This document shows positions 28,293 through 42,615 of a DNA stretch of 64,000 bases, piece after piece. Origin of the DNA: Syncephalis fuscata S228 (lineage: Eukaryota; Fungi; Zoopagomycota); the NCBI GenBank assembly GCA_025786725.1, contig JAHLTZ010000017.1, forward strand, positions 248,001 through 312,000, given 5' to 3'. Positions within the stretch are counted from its first letter, which is position 1, and the number at the start of each line of letters is the position of its first letter. The translations under genes and the position numbers were made by a program. The notes below the pieces were generated by a model. That model worked only from the letters and a program-made list of their open reading frames with translations. It searched no databases and was not told the DNA's origin.

Positions 28293-29655
28293 ATGGCGAC
28301 ACCGCATCAAGCTGGCACACCGGCTAATGTCCCTCAGGAGGAGACATCTTTGCCGCCAAATGCTGCAACGATAGCAGCAACAACAACAGCGACAATTGCT
28401 ACATCTAATGGTAATACGGCGCTTTCCCCAGCATCATCGTCGCCATCTCCTTTTCCGATGGTAGACTTTATGCCAACTGCATCCAATTCTTGGCTTTTCC
28501 CTCGCGAGGAGTTGGAGAAGACACCGTCAGCCGAGGATAATATACCTTTAGCAGAGGAATTGTCCATGCGATCTAAAGCATGTGCTATGATATTTTCAGT
28601 AGGGATTATGATGAACTTGTAAGTAGGCCTAGACCAGTATAATCGAGCACCTGTCCTTAATAGCACTGTTGTCGCAATGGTATCATGATAATTACAATTT
28701 AATAGACCACAAGTTGTTTTGGCCACCGCCTGTGCCTATTTACATCGTTTCTATATGACTCGTTCTTTAAAGGATTTTCAATTTCTGGCAAGTGTTTATC
28801 TAGCAGCAATATCGTTGCTCGATATTCATACTATTTCTCTGTAGGAAGTAGCAGCCACTGCTTTATGGGTAGCCACTAAAGTCGAGGAACAGACACGCAG
28901 ACTTGATGATTTTGCCAAAGCATGTGTTTGCAAAGCACTAAAGACGCCCTCGGCAAGTGATCGTGTAGGTGTTTAAAACAATAGACCGCATGTACAATAG
29001 TAATTTATAAACTGTATCCATCTCAATAGGAACGTGATAAATGGTGTAATGTTGTTGTCTATGGAGAGGCATCATTATTAGAAGCAATATGCTTTGATTT
29101 AGTTGTCGAACATCCGTATATTCACTTGCTGTTATTTGTTCAAAAACATAAAGGTAGATTTATTCTATGTTTATTACAGCATTAATATTAATAGATTAAT
29201 TCAGTTCCAGATCAAATATCGCATGCAGCATGGGCATTTTTGAATGAATCGTAAGTAACAGCAATGGATGTACCTGTCAAAGCACAGGCCTATTCTAGAT
29301 GATATCTATCTATATTTACACATGTGTATATATAGTCTGCGTTCACCGCTTTGCGTTCTCTATCCGCCTAGCACAATTGCAGCAGCAGCTCTACACGCGG
29401 CCGGTCTGCGAGTAGGCGTATTAGGAAGAGCATCACCAGACGGTCCTGAATGGTGGCAGTTAATGGATGTGCCACTGGCTGATGTAGAAGGTAAGACGTG
29501 AATTTAGACATATTATTAACATATTATGCCAAATTGACTACAATATCGAACATATCGTATTAATTCATTTTTCTAACTAATTAGAGGCTGTACTAATGAT
29601 GGTTGAGGAATCGGTTCGAACAGAGAAAGAACCATTACCAACTCGTCGACGATAA
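28293..29655 (+). CDS. Transcriptional cyclin (cyclin K/T, Pch1/Ctk2-like), multi-exon
   Basis: WLFPREELEKTPS, PQVVLATACAYLHRFY, AATALWVATKVEE, LEAICFDLVVEHPY, AWAFLNES and LCVLYPPSTIAAAAL. One GC-AG intron at 28788-28844. Confidence 0.88.
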
Positions 29656-29900
29656 ATTGCGAGGAAGGAAGAGAGAGAAACTAATAGGAAAAGAAGGAGA
29701 AATGATAGCCTTAGGCTATGACAGCATTAAACATTGCTTCTTATCTCTCTTGTCGTAATTATCACGTTATTGGCAAGCTAGAGATAATCTTTTAAGAAAT
29801 GACACGGTATAGAAAAGAAACAAAGAAAAAAGATATTGACTTTTATATTTTATCAATAATGTACTATTTAAAACCCAACCAACCCAATAGTTGTTGTTAT

Positions 29901-31645
29901 TTATTGTTGAAGTGATGATGGTCGTTTTAACTTTAATAATCCACGTCGATCAATCGGCATTGATGTATTACTAGTTGAAGAGGTTAAAGATGATGCGACG
30001 TGTTGTTTATCCTTGTCACTATCCTTATTATTAGTGTTATCATTAATTGTCCCTGTTAATGTTGTTGAATTCTTGTTAGCTTGAACTGGGAAAAAAGGTG
30101 ATACTTTTTTAGTTGATATTGATTTACGTGTAGCTTTTGATTTAGTTGTGGATGACACTTTTTCTGTGATATCACTTGAATCAGTGCACTTTGTATTGGT
30201 AGGCAATGCGGATAAAGTGGTACTAGTAGATAATATTGTAGAATGTAACTGGTTTGTTGATTGGTGTAATTGTTCCAGTAATTGTGTAAGTTGTTGTCGT
30301 TCTTTGGTGGATTGTTCGATAGCTGTCATTGAAGTGGATTGAATTGATGTAGATGTGTTAGTAATAGGTGTTGACTTGATTATAAAGCGTTAGTAATTAG
30401 TCATATGGCTATTAATTATACATACGCTAGTTTCTGAGGAAATACGACGTTTTTTCAACAATTGTAATCTACTTTTAACTTTAGTCGTATTACTTTTATC
30501 ATTAGTAGTAGCAGTACAGGTGAATGTTGCTGATGATGATTTACAAGTAGACTCTTCTTCAAATAACCGTTTTGGTGTATTAGTAATAACGGGTGATTAT
30601 TTTCTTGTTTTAATTCTAATATTGGTGTTACATTATTTACAGTTGGGTTTGTTAGTGGATCTAATATTGTATCGTTTGATGTTTTTGTTAATGTTTGACT
30701 ATCTACTGGGATAGATATAGTAGATGGCGATTCGATAAAGCATTGCTGTGCTATAGTAGCTGACTTAATATTATAATAGTCAGTATAATAAATGTAATAT
30801 ATACACGACTTACTGTTAAACTATCTGCATACTATTAGCAGTGGCAGGGGCATCAATATCAGCATTACTGCTGTTATTATTAGGCGTAGCATATCGACAG
30901 TAAATTCACTCGCTTTCTGTATATAGATTGCACGATGATCAATATATTCTCGAGCCTAGTAGTATAAATATTATTAAAAGTGTATTATATAATTGTTACT
31001 CTTGTTCTACTTACAATATCGGCCAATAAAGGATCATCAGGATTTGGATCGCCTAATAATAGGCGAATTGACATAAGGAGTGTAGATAGATTACTTGCAG
31101 GTGACCATGTACCCTTTACATATCAATTATTTGATTATGAGTCTTACGATTCTATTTAATATACACACATATATATATATATGTATATTATTTACCTTGG
31201 GTGCCATTTTTAATAAACTAAGACAAATACGACCTGATTCATCGATATTTGGATGATAGACGCGTGTACGAAACCGAGCAATAGGCGGTTCCATCGGATA
31301 TCTAATAGATATATAGGTATAAAATGAATAAATATAAATAGTATTTGCGTATTTACCGTTCACTCAATTCCAAGTCAACTATAAATGTTCCTGATTCATA
31401 CGGAGAATCAGGAGGACCGCGTATTTCTATGTAATTACAAGATAACGGTAAAGTTATTGGTTGGTTATAGCTTATAACTATCGTTATATCATATGTCTAC
31501 CTGCTACATAACGATTTAAACAATCGCCATTGCCGTCCGACATTTCTGCCGGCCAGCAATTAATACCTGGTGGTGGATCAGTATGAAGACGTTGCATCTC
31601 AGCGCGTATTCGCGCAAGAAAGCGAGGTGGCTGTGAATGAGACAT
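29901..31645 (-). CDS. Ubiquitin-conjugating enzyme E2, UBE2T-like, with long S/T/K-rich C-terminal tail
   Basis: [61 protein letters not shown] and [12 protein letters not shown]. Confidence 0.85.
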
Positions 31646-31994
31646 ATTCAGCTGCAGAAGAAAGAAAAGCTTATTGAATTTAGTATTATTACTATTATTA
31701 TTATCATCATTTATTTCCTTAATAGATTGATTTTTTTAAATTATAAATATCAAAATAGATATTAAATAGTATTTCATGTTGCTTACAATAAAATATAAAA
31801 ATAAATAAATGTTAATTCATATTATTGTTACTGTAAAGTATTTAAAGCATTATAATTTGATATTTATATAACTTTCCGCCCAATTCCATGTTTAGTTGAA
31901 TAGCAAATGTGTAGTTCAACCAAGTAAAGAATGTCAGCTTTAATCTCTTAACACTGAATCACACGAGTCTACTAATAAATTAATATATGAAAGT

Positions 31995-32590
31995 TATTTT
32001 ACTTTGACTTTTATATCTTTTATTTATCCAGTTTACTTTACTTTTCTTAATACTTTTAGATATAATTAAACACTCATCCATTACTATAATATGTATAATG
32101 TCACATCCAATACTAATTAATTCATGTTTAATTATCAATGCAATAGTGTAATCAATTAGTTATATGTATTATTGCTTTAATATATATATTGTCATTATAA
32201 TATTACTTGTTCAAAATACCATTTATTTAGCCAGATTGGCTATAGAGAAAGTGGCTGTTTAATAAACAACACTTATAATAATTATATTAATCTTGATCTT
32301 ACATTACAAATATGCTCAAAATACAATACTAGAATATTGAAAAGTAAAAGAGATCATTTAGCTGCAATAATCCATGCTGTACATAGATGCAATAACAATC
32401 AATATGTAATGACATGGAATTGCAATTATATGGTTCCTACTAATATTTGATCAATCTTTCTACACATGGCCAACAACAACAATTAATATCAAATGTTTCA
32501 AAGAGATCAAATAGTATATCACATTATTTATTTAAATCAATTTATTAACAACATTTTAATAGAAGGTAGTATAGTTATGTTGTGCATAGC
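31995..32590 (-). repeat. AT-rich repeat of about 590 bp, inverted copy of 43950-44541
   Basis: The reverse complement matches 43950-44541 almost throughout, with a few substitutions and 1-bp indels. No credible coding ORF. Confidence 0.92.
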
Positions 32591-34364
32591 AGCATCACTT
32601 CAATTAAAACGAATTTGCTTTGGAAAGTCAAAGTACGATTCAATCAACCAAAGTATGGAACCAATAAACGATGCTGCATACGGTGCTGGTCACGCTGTTG
32701 CTGTAACAACCAGTCATTGACAAGCACCGAACCTGTCGCGTGCATGGCAATTCTGCCTTATCGCCATGGCTCCTATTACCTGTCTGAGGACAAGCTTGAA
32801 CAGTCCTATAGCTTTGCCGAGAAAAAAGAAGAGGAAAGAGAAGAGGCGTGTATATTTTCGTCATTGTTTGATAGCTCTTCTAGCTCTGTCGTGTGTATCT
32901 GACATCTATACCTATCTCTACAGGTTTCTATACATCAAATTTCAGTAAAGGATGCGCACCGAATAGAGCGACTACAACTTGTATATTGCCAAGTAATGGT
33001 AATTATTCACTAGGATGCGCATAGATCTTCCTTGTCCACGGCTTCTAATCACCTAAATTGTTTTATCAGTGCCTATCACTGCTTGGTTATATGAATTATA
33101 TACACGATGTTTTACAGTTAACATTATAATAAAGCTATATTCTGGATTGCTCCTTAATCCATCCATCAGTTTATTTCGTAAAACTATTCAAATTTACCCA
33201 CTCGCTACTCACCCACGTACACACACACACACAGTGTTACCTTCCCTTTGAATTTTCCCTTTCGACTCCTTACTCCTTTTATTTGCGATTAATACAACGC
33301 TACCGGATATACAGAAAAGAGACGACGACGACCACTCGACCTTTGTCAATAGTATACTTGTGGAGAGGTCTTTTGCCCAAGTGCTACTTCTCTTCTAGTC
33401 TATTGCTACTATTGTCGCTCTTGTTACTGTAGATTGAAACGGTCATTAATTGGACAGAGTGCACCGAGAAAAAGCGGAATTCAGTTTTTGTAGTTTCTGT
33501 CTGGCTGTATCTATATCTATACACATACACGTATATATTAGTTAGTCTATAGTAGTTTTGCAGAATCAATCTTTAAATGGTGTCGTTTTAATCGGTAAGT
33601 AAAAAGATGACTATTAACAGTGAGTGAATTCTACACGCCTCTATTTTGTTAGTCAATATTAGTGTAGAATAATTATGGTGTGGTGATGATGATTGTGATA
33701 GTGTGGTGATAGCAATTATCATTTCACGCTCTTTTCTAACACTATGGAGTTTGAATCCATCATTATATTTACTATGGAGTTCAATTTTATTGATAAATGT
33801 TAAACGGAGTACTAATGTTGATGTTTATTATCTTTATTTACATTTATAGCAACACTTAGTATATAATACACATCCAACCGTCTTTTACTATATTACCTAT
33901 TTGTCGTGTCGACATAGATTTATTAATTATTCAAGTTTGCTAATTATTGGCCCGTCCATTATTTCTTTGATCAAGTAAGTCATAGCCTGACTACTTGCAT
34001 GGCTAAAGGTTGCCGTCAAATAAGCCGGTTATGTTGCGTTGTTTAATCAACTGTAGCTTACCTGAACGCGGATAATTTAATATAACGGTATTAGCCATGG
34101 TTACCGCCGCTAATGGCCTACTACTGCGCGTTCAGTTGCTTAACAGCACAACTGATGATGTTTGTTTAAAAACATTGGGCCAAAATAGCCGGTTTCTATG
34201 GCAAAGTGGCATCTTGTTTGTGCTTAGTCTTGTTTTAAGGCACACACTCCTTTTATCTACTTTATCCTAATATTACTTTTAGTAATACAAGTTGCTAATT
34301 TTGTTGTTTATATTATTTCTGTTTTTTGTCTAGTTTAATCTTATTCCTGCTTGTTGGTGTCGGC

Positions 34365-37300
34365 ATGGGATCACATCAGCGCGGCGACTCATTGAAAGTC
34401 GCGCTTTCCTGTCATGATTTGGCTACTATCAATCCGGCACCGACCAGTGCTACTATTGTTAACACACTAAAGGACCGGTATTCACGCGATGCCATCTATA
34501 CACGCATCGGTGCCCGGGTTTTAGTGGCAGTTAATCCAAACCAGCCATTGTCGTCGTCAAATGATGCAACATGCATGGAATACATTGCAGAATATCGCGA
34601 CACAAGCGGTCAGCGACGTATTCTTGAACCACATTTATTTCAAATGGCGTCCAGTGCGTATATGAATATGCGACGTACTGCAACCGACCAGTCGATTATA
34701 CTTTGTGGCGAGACGGGTAGCGGAAAAACCGAATCAAAGAAATTGATCTTTAATTTTTTCCAACACTTCGTGCTCAATCTAAAAAAGAAACAAAATTACT
34801 ACGACAAGTGTTGTCAGCCTTTTCGGTTATTGAAGCATTTGGTCATGCTACAACAACTGAGCATGGTAATGCATCGCGTGTTGGCACATTTACCGAGCTA
34901 GCGTTTAATGAACGCGGTAAAGCTATTGGTGCCAAAATACTTGATTATGCACTTAATAAGTCACGAGTCATTGATTTATTACAAAATGAACGTAATTTCA
35001 ACGTCTTTTATCAAATGGCCGGTGGCTGTACACTTGAGGAGCGTCAGCGTTGGAAATTAAGTGAACCAGCAAACCTTTCTTACCTGGGTAAATTACCAGC
35101 GACCCGTTCACCAACAGCACAAGATGCCATTGCTCTTGATGAATTACGAGTGGCAATGCGGGCCTTTGGTATTAATAAAAAAACTCAAGGTCAAGTGTTT
35201 AGATGTCTGGCAGCCATTCTCCATCTTGGCAACATTCTATTTACAGATCCACCACGTAAAACTACTGAAGAATCGGCCTATGTACGAAACGACGATGTAC
35301 TGGCCATTACAGCTGAATTACTTGGTATTCACGCAAAAGCATTAGAAGGTGTACTCACCTACAAGACACAATTGATTAAATCGGAAATGTGCACACTTTT
35401 CCTTAGTGCCGAGCAATGTGAACGCCAACGAGACGATCTAGCTCGGTCCATTTACGGCCTATTATTTACCTGGCTTATGGAGCAAATTAATACAAAACTT
35501 CACAATGAAGAAACACAAACGTCGTTTATCGGCGTACTTGATATGATTGGCTATCGTGCCGATGGCATTACGCGTCGTGGCGGTACTGGTGGCGGTCTTA
35601 ATTTTGAAGCATTAATATCCAACTTTACCTGTGAACGACTGCATAGTTTTGCACTTCAACAGTTGTTTACTATGCATTCAGATGATATGACGGCCGATGG
35701 TATTCCTCAGCCCAATTTGGCCTTTATCGATAATAAGCCATGTGTGGATTTATTCTCTAAAACACGACGCGGTCTATTTGCACTTATGGACAAAGAATCG
35801 GCCCGTTCCTCAAACCCACCCACCGGTGCTACCGACAAGCAATTCTTACAAGCATTTACCAAAGTCCACGGTAACCATAATAACTTTTTGGCTGTTCCTA
35901 ATCGACATAATGCATTTGCTATCCAGCATTATGCCGGCCAAGTCACTTACGATATGAATCGGTTCCCTGAGAACAATGCTGACGTGCTTATTGCCGACTT
36001 TGTCCAGCTATTTCTTGGTAATGGCGACGATCTACCTGGATCAGCCAATCCATTTATGACAAGTTTGTTTGAAGGCAAATCAGTTAAAACTGAAGTACAT
36101 GCACGCGATGCCGGCATTATTGTATCGGCACGTCATTCGGCCAAGCCTACACGGTCGCCTAGTACACGGCGTAAACAAAGAGCCAACACGGCCGAAACAG
36201 ATCCACTGGTCGATGACGATGACGATGACGACAATGACTCGATTGTTGATGGCGGTAAAGGTGCTGATACAAAGGATAAGAAGAAAAAGAATGCACGTGC
36301 TGAAAGACGTGCTAACCGACCAGCCGGCATTGGTACACAAGTATGCCGGGCTATCAATGAGCTGACAGATACATTAAGTGAAACACTGCCATGGTTCGTA
36401 TTTTGTATTCGACCAAATGATCAACGCAAGGCAAACAATCTCGATTTAAAGCATGTCCGTGCACAAATGCAATACTTTCATCTAGAAGAAGTTGTACGTA
36501 GAAGTGAAGTCAGTTATACAGTTAATATGACGCATACAGAATTCCTTGATCGCTATGCACTTGTACTTACACCAACGGGTGTGGATGCCAATCGTGATCC
36601 ACGCGCTAAATGCCAGGCCACCTGTGATATATTTGCCTGGACACCACGCGAAATGGCCGTTGGTGCACGTCGAGTCTGGTTAGCCCATGAGGCATGGCGA
36701 GATCTTGAAGATAATTTAAGAGCCACCGAAGTTGAAGCACGTCGTAGAAAGCAAGCAGGCGGTGCTGCAGCCGGCACAGCTACCAATCCACACCATTCTA
36801 TTGGCGCCAGTATGGCCGACGATAATGCATCTGTCTATAGTGGCATGACAACGTATGGTGCAGGTGGCGGTCTTCAACTGCTTGATACAATGCGTGCCCG
36901 ATCAGCTGCACCTTCTGTATTTACCGAAGATGTACAATCAGCCATTAGCGACGACGATGGTGCCGGTCCACATCATCCAATGGCCATGGATGTACGGGCC
37001 ATGTTTGCACCATCAGTGGTCGGTGATCGAGCCAGTGTCCATCCAGGTCAGGTTGAGTATATATCACCTGATGGCAGTGAAGGTGATGCGGCACCCATTA
37101 ATAAGGATTCAAACGAAGACCAGGCCAAAGAGAATATACTAGGCGAGGAAGAAGAAGAAGAGCAGCCTAAAATGACTAAACAGCGTAAACGTTGGCTTTG
37201 CTGTACCTGGTCACTTACCTGGTGGATCCCTTCATTCTGTCTTAGCTTTAACGGCATGAAGCGTAAAGATATTCAAATTGCTTGGCGCGAAAAGGTCGCT

Positions 37301-40300
37301 CTGTGTCTGCTTATTACCATTGCTTGTCTTATTATGTTATTCTTTATTATCTTCTTTGGTAAACTTATTTGTCCGCATCAAAATATACAAACGCTACTTG
37401 AACTACAATCAACCAGCAATGGAACCAGTAGCCAAAACGCATTTATGGCCATTCGAGGCGAAGTATTCGATATACGTAAATTCCCCGCCCATCATACTGT
37501 AACCTATAATGACATTATTAAATCGGGTAAATATGCCGGTCAAGATGCATCGACGCAATTTCCACAGCAAGTATCAACACAATGTGATGGATTTGAAGAA
37601 AATGGCGTGGATAATACAATTGCCTTACAGAATTATACTGTACCTGGATCAAGCGAATATGCTCACGATTTCCGTTGGTGGAAGAACCCAAGTGCCAATA
37701 ATGTATCACCAGATACTTATAGTATATGGATGGAAATGATGCGTCGTTCTTATCGTGTTGCTTTAGTTGGCTGGGACGCAAAATATATTAAATCACAAGC
37801 ACAGGTAGCCGATAAGAAATGGGCCATTATCGATCAGCAAGTATTTGATTTGACCGATTATCTAAAGGGCAATGTATTCCGATTGACACCCGATGGCACA
37901 GTAGCCTCACCCAGTATTGAACGTAAATTTATGGATCCACGACTTGAATCGCTATTTATGCAAAATCCCGGTGAAGATGTTTCTAAACTATTCCGGTCCA
38001 TCTTTCGTCGTAGTGCTGATGCACGTCGTCGAATGGAGACTTGTTTGCGCAATCTATTCTTTGTTGGCGTTGTTGATTACCGTAATAGTTTCCGGTGTCA
38101 ATTTGCCAACTACATGTTGCTAAGTATATCTATTCTGCTAGTAGCAGTTATCTTCTTCAAGTTCTTGGCGGCCCTTCAGCTTACCGGTCGACGTGATCCA
38201 GAAGAACATGATCGATTTGTTGTATGTCAAGTGCCGTGTTATACCGAAGGTGAAGACTCGCTAAAAGAAACAATTGATTCATTAGCCGTTATGCGCTATG
38301 ATGATAAGCGTAAATTACTGTTTGTTATCTGTGATGGTATGATTGTTGGTTCCGGTAACGATCAGCCAACACCACGTATTGTATTGAATATCCTTGGTTC
38401 CGATCCTAATATTGACCCAGAACCATTAAGCTTTATTTCACTCGGTGATGGTATGAAACAGCATAATATGGGCAAGGTATATACCGGTCTATACGAATGT
38501 AGCGGCCATGTTGTCCCCTATATGGTGGTTGTTAAAGTGGGTCGACCCAATGAACGGGCCCGTCCTGGCAATCGCGGCAAGCGTGACTCCAGCTTATTTT
38601 AATGCGATTCTTTAATGCTGTTCATTTCGATGCTGAAATGACGCCATTAGAACTTGAAATGTATCACCAAATCAAGAATGTGATCGGTGTTGATCCCAAC
38701 TTTTACGAATACGTTCTTATGGTGGATGCCGATACAGTAGTGCTGCCTGATGCACTTAATCGAATGGTCAGTGCTATGTTGCACGATCAAAAGATCATGG
38801 GTATTTGTGGTGAAACTGAACTGGCTAATGCTAAAGCAACCTGGATTACTATGATTCAAGTGTACGAATACTACATTTCACATCATATGTCAAAGGCATT
38901 TGAATCGCTATTTGGTTCAGTTACGTGTTTGCCCGGTTGTTTCTGTATGTATCGACTACGTGCACCACATAAGGACCACCCACTACTCATTAACAATGCT
39001 ATTATTGATGAATACTCGGAGAATCGAGTCGATACGTTACATAAGAAGAATTTGCTGTCACTTGGTGAAGATCGTTACCTAACTACATTGCTACTTAAAC
39101 ACTTCCCTACTATGAAAACGTCATTTACTAGTGATGCACAGTGTAGAACAAAGGCACCGGATACGTGGTCGATTTTATTGTCACAGCGTCGTCGATGGAT
39201 TAATTCTACCGTGCATAATTTGGTAGTGCTCTTATCGCTGGATCGACTTTGCGGCTTTTGTTGTTTCTCTATGCGATTTGTCGTTTTTGTCGATTTATTG
39301 GCCACGATTATTCAACCAGCTACTGTTGTTTATCTAGCCTATCTAGCCTATATGGGTATTACTCAAGGCAGTGTTCTAATCTTTGTATCGCTTATGATGT
39401 TGGCGGCCATTTACGGTCTACAAGCCATCATCTTTTTACTTAAGCGTAAATGGGAACATATCGGCTATATGATTATCTCCATTATTGCGCTACCTGTCTT
39501 TTCGTTCTTTATTCCCGTCTATTCATTCTGGCACTTCGACGACTTTTCCTGGGGAATACACGTCTAGTTGTAGGTGGTGATCAAGGCGGTAAAAAGCACG
39601 TTGCCGCTACAGAAGGCGAGAAATTTGACCCACGTACTATTCCACGCAAGAAATGGACCGATTACGAACAAGAGCTATGGGAGAGTGGATCACAAGACTC
39701 GCATGCTACCCACCAGTCACGACAATCACGGGCACCTACTGTACGTTCCTATAGATCACGGGCCAGTATACATAGTCAAAGATCACAAGCAGCTGGCGGT
39801 AATGGCGGAGGGGCTCGATCTGTTTATGCCGCCACTATTCATGGTAATGGCAGTGTCTATAATGGACAGATGTCGGGTCAGTCCTATGCTGGATCAGTGC
39901 ATCAAAGACCATTTAGCGGCTACTCCACTGTATCAGTGCAGCATCATCCACAACATCCATCTATTGCCTATCATGATCCACCGGCTAGTGTTTACGGTGG
40001 TACTGGTACAGAATTCAGCTATGCCGCATCACCTCATCCGGCAATGCCTATGATGTCAACACCGTCACGACCCACTTCAATCTACAATGGTGGTGGTAAT
40101 GAGAGCCATTATGCCGGCTCAGTCATTGCTGGTATGGCTATACCAACGGATGATGAAATTCTCGCTGAAGTACGGCGTATTCTGGCCCATGCCGATCTTA
40201 TGACGGTAACAAAGAAACAAGTACGCGATGCATTATCAAGTGTATTTGGTACAGATATGCAACCGCGTAAAGAGTATATCAATCAGTGTATTGAGCATAT

Positions 40301-40319
40301 TCTACAAGGTCGACTCTAA
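34365..40319 (+). CDS. Class V myosin-motor chitin synthase (myosin head, cytochrome b5-like, GT2 chitin synthase, DEK-C), apparently intronless CDS
   Basis: P-loop [76 protein letters not shown] and [15 protein letters not shown]. Three single-base homopolymer deletions (about 34759, 38590, 39556) split the ORF. Confidence 0.95.
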
Positions 40320-42615
40320 TCGTAATTGTGATGATGATGATGATGATGATGATACTACTAATTGTTATTGATACTATTATTATTATACAAAGATTTATTA
40401 ATAATAATTACAATAATAATAACAATAATAATAAGTATTATAAACAAAGTGAAAGAAAGATTGCGCTTTATTGCTTACTTCCATTACTACTACCGCTATC
40501 ATTACCACTATTGCTACTATGCTTTATTCATCTTCATCGCTATTCGATTATTCATTTCTCTTTGGTTTCTTTTGTTTCTCTTGTTTCTTTCTTTCGTTAT
40601 TGTCTCTGTCAAATCTATCGTGTGTGCATGTGCTTCTCTTGACGTGAGAGTATATATGTACGGGTGTGATTTAAAAGTAAATAAACCAATGAACTGGTCA
40701 ATCATAAACTGTTATATGTCGCTTAAATTGTTTACTAATGAATTAATAGTATATATATTAATCACATACCATTTGTGGGCCACTTGACATTATTATACAA
40801 TTTAATAATTTATTAATAATTTATTGTGATTTGGGGACAAATGATTAAATTTGCTAACATTCGCGTAATTGAACTAGACATTTGTTCTATTGAACAAGGG
40901 AACGGGTGGTGAGTTTTATTAATAATTAAATACTCATCATCGTAGATTTATTATCTAGTATGCATATATTCTCTTTCATGTATATCACTATAATTTTATA
41001 CTCATACTATTATATATTATTCTATTAGTAAAAAATAGCAGCGATTATAGCCAATACAGTTATTGTACCGGTAATCTACTGTTGAGATCGCACTTGCTGT
41101 TACCAGATAACCTGCACTTGCAATCCATAATAAAACAAAACATACAGCGCGAACTTTGGCAGTACACATTCAACATAACATAAAACAAAGATGTGATGCA
41201 TTTATTGTGCCAATAAAGGTAATTACAAAAGAGCAATGCAAAGACATAGTGTAGAAGGTGTTTGTACTTGATAGTAGTCAGTCAGCTACTAACACTATTT
41301 AGATGGTATATATGGAGTGTACAATATATGCATGGATATATGTGTCAAGTGTAAGAAAAGAAAGGGAAATGTGATGACGTAGATTGTGAATGTGAGCCTG
41401 TCAGTCGATATTTATAAACAGCCGAGTTTAATTCATTAATAAATGAGTGTAAATAATAAAAGTCTATTACCCAACATGTCGATACATCATAGAACAGATT
41501 AATAGTAAATGAATAAATACATCAAAATAAAGTCATTTAACACCAATAGTCATTATTATAGAAATATATTCAGTATAATAGCGGGTATAATAAAAATAAA
41601 AATATTTTGCATCAGACTAGTATTGTATCTATACATACTTGCTTTACTCTAATATCAAGCTTATATATTTGATATTTTTATACAAAATATAAGAATGAGG
41701 AAACATACAAGCATTACATTTTTACGATCATATTATATATCAATATTATTTTATCACGCCATTTATTGGCTGGATTTATCACAATTGATCAATGACGACA
41801 CCAAATAGAATCAATTTGTTATTACAGTCTATTGGCTATCGTTTTATTCCTCTTAGTTGAGCAATACGAAAAAAGAACAAAAGGTAACAAACTGACCGGT
41901 TTCTTCTGTGCAACAGAAAAATAGCAAACAAATATTCTATTGTCCACCTACGTCACCTTTTCTTACTAGCACACAGAAATATGCGTCTATTAATGATTTA
42001 TTCCTCATGACGGCTGTTTGCAAGCCATTATCATTGAACGATGTGTCATACGAGAATAAAGGAATCCAGACTTTTCCGTCATACATTTACCAAAAAGGAA
42101 TTACCATTCGCTTTCAAAGTGGACGTGCGGGTCTATTTGCCGCCGTGTGGTGTAAAATACGACAGTAATGGCGACAGCGATGAGAACAAGAACATAACAG
42201 GCCGAACGTGCTGCTATCGACTCTACGGCCTAATCAATGATGGTCCAAAGGGTAGTACACATACGTGCTTGTTGTTACCAATATAGAATGAATGACAAAT
42301 AGCAGAGAGCATCGAAAGTGGTAGAGACTAATAGAACGAAATGAGAGTGCAAACAAGGGTGCGTGCATTCTTCAACTAAAATGCAGACGCTTTCTTGTAC
42401 TCTGTGTCAAATGATTGGAGATGGGTCACACTTCCATCTCTCTACTGAGAAACATTGGTGTGAATAATGATGTGAGTTTACAGCGAATGGTAGAAAGGTG
42501 ACGTTAAACGACTATAAAGCCTATACCAATTTCCCCACTCCTCTTTTCCTCCTCTTTTCACTTATCTCGTAATTACTGCTTTCTATTGTGAATTACCCGT
42601 TACGCTGTTATTATC

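Noticed and set aside
32493-33569. Several short ORFs upstream of CHS
   Set aside because: They overlap the repeat or the probable promoter/5' leader and show no coding signature.
40328-40787. Hydrophobic ORFs after the chitin synthase
   Set aside because: They arise from (TGA)n, (AAT)n and (TAC)n low-complexity 3'UTR sequence.
40909-41400. Intron-like signals (GTGAGT..TAG; GT..CTAAC..TAG) suggesting a small spliced gene
   Set aside because: No consistent open frame could be assembled; RNA-seq would be needed.
41908-42286. Two overlapping ORFs upstream of ferritin
   Set aside because: Non-ATG starts and no motifs; probably promoter DNA.
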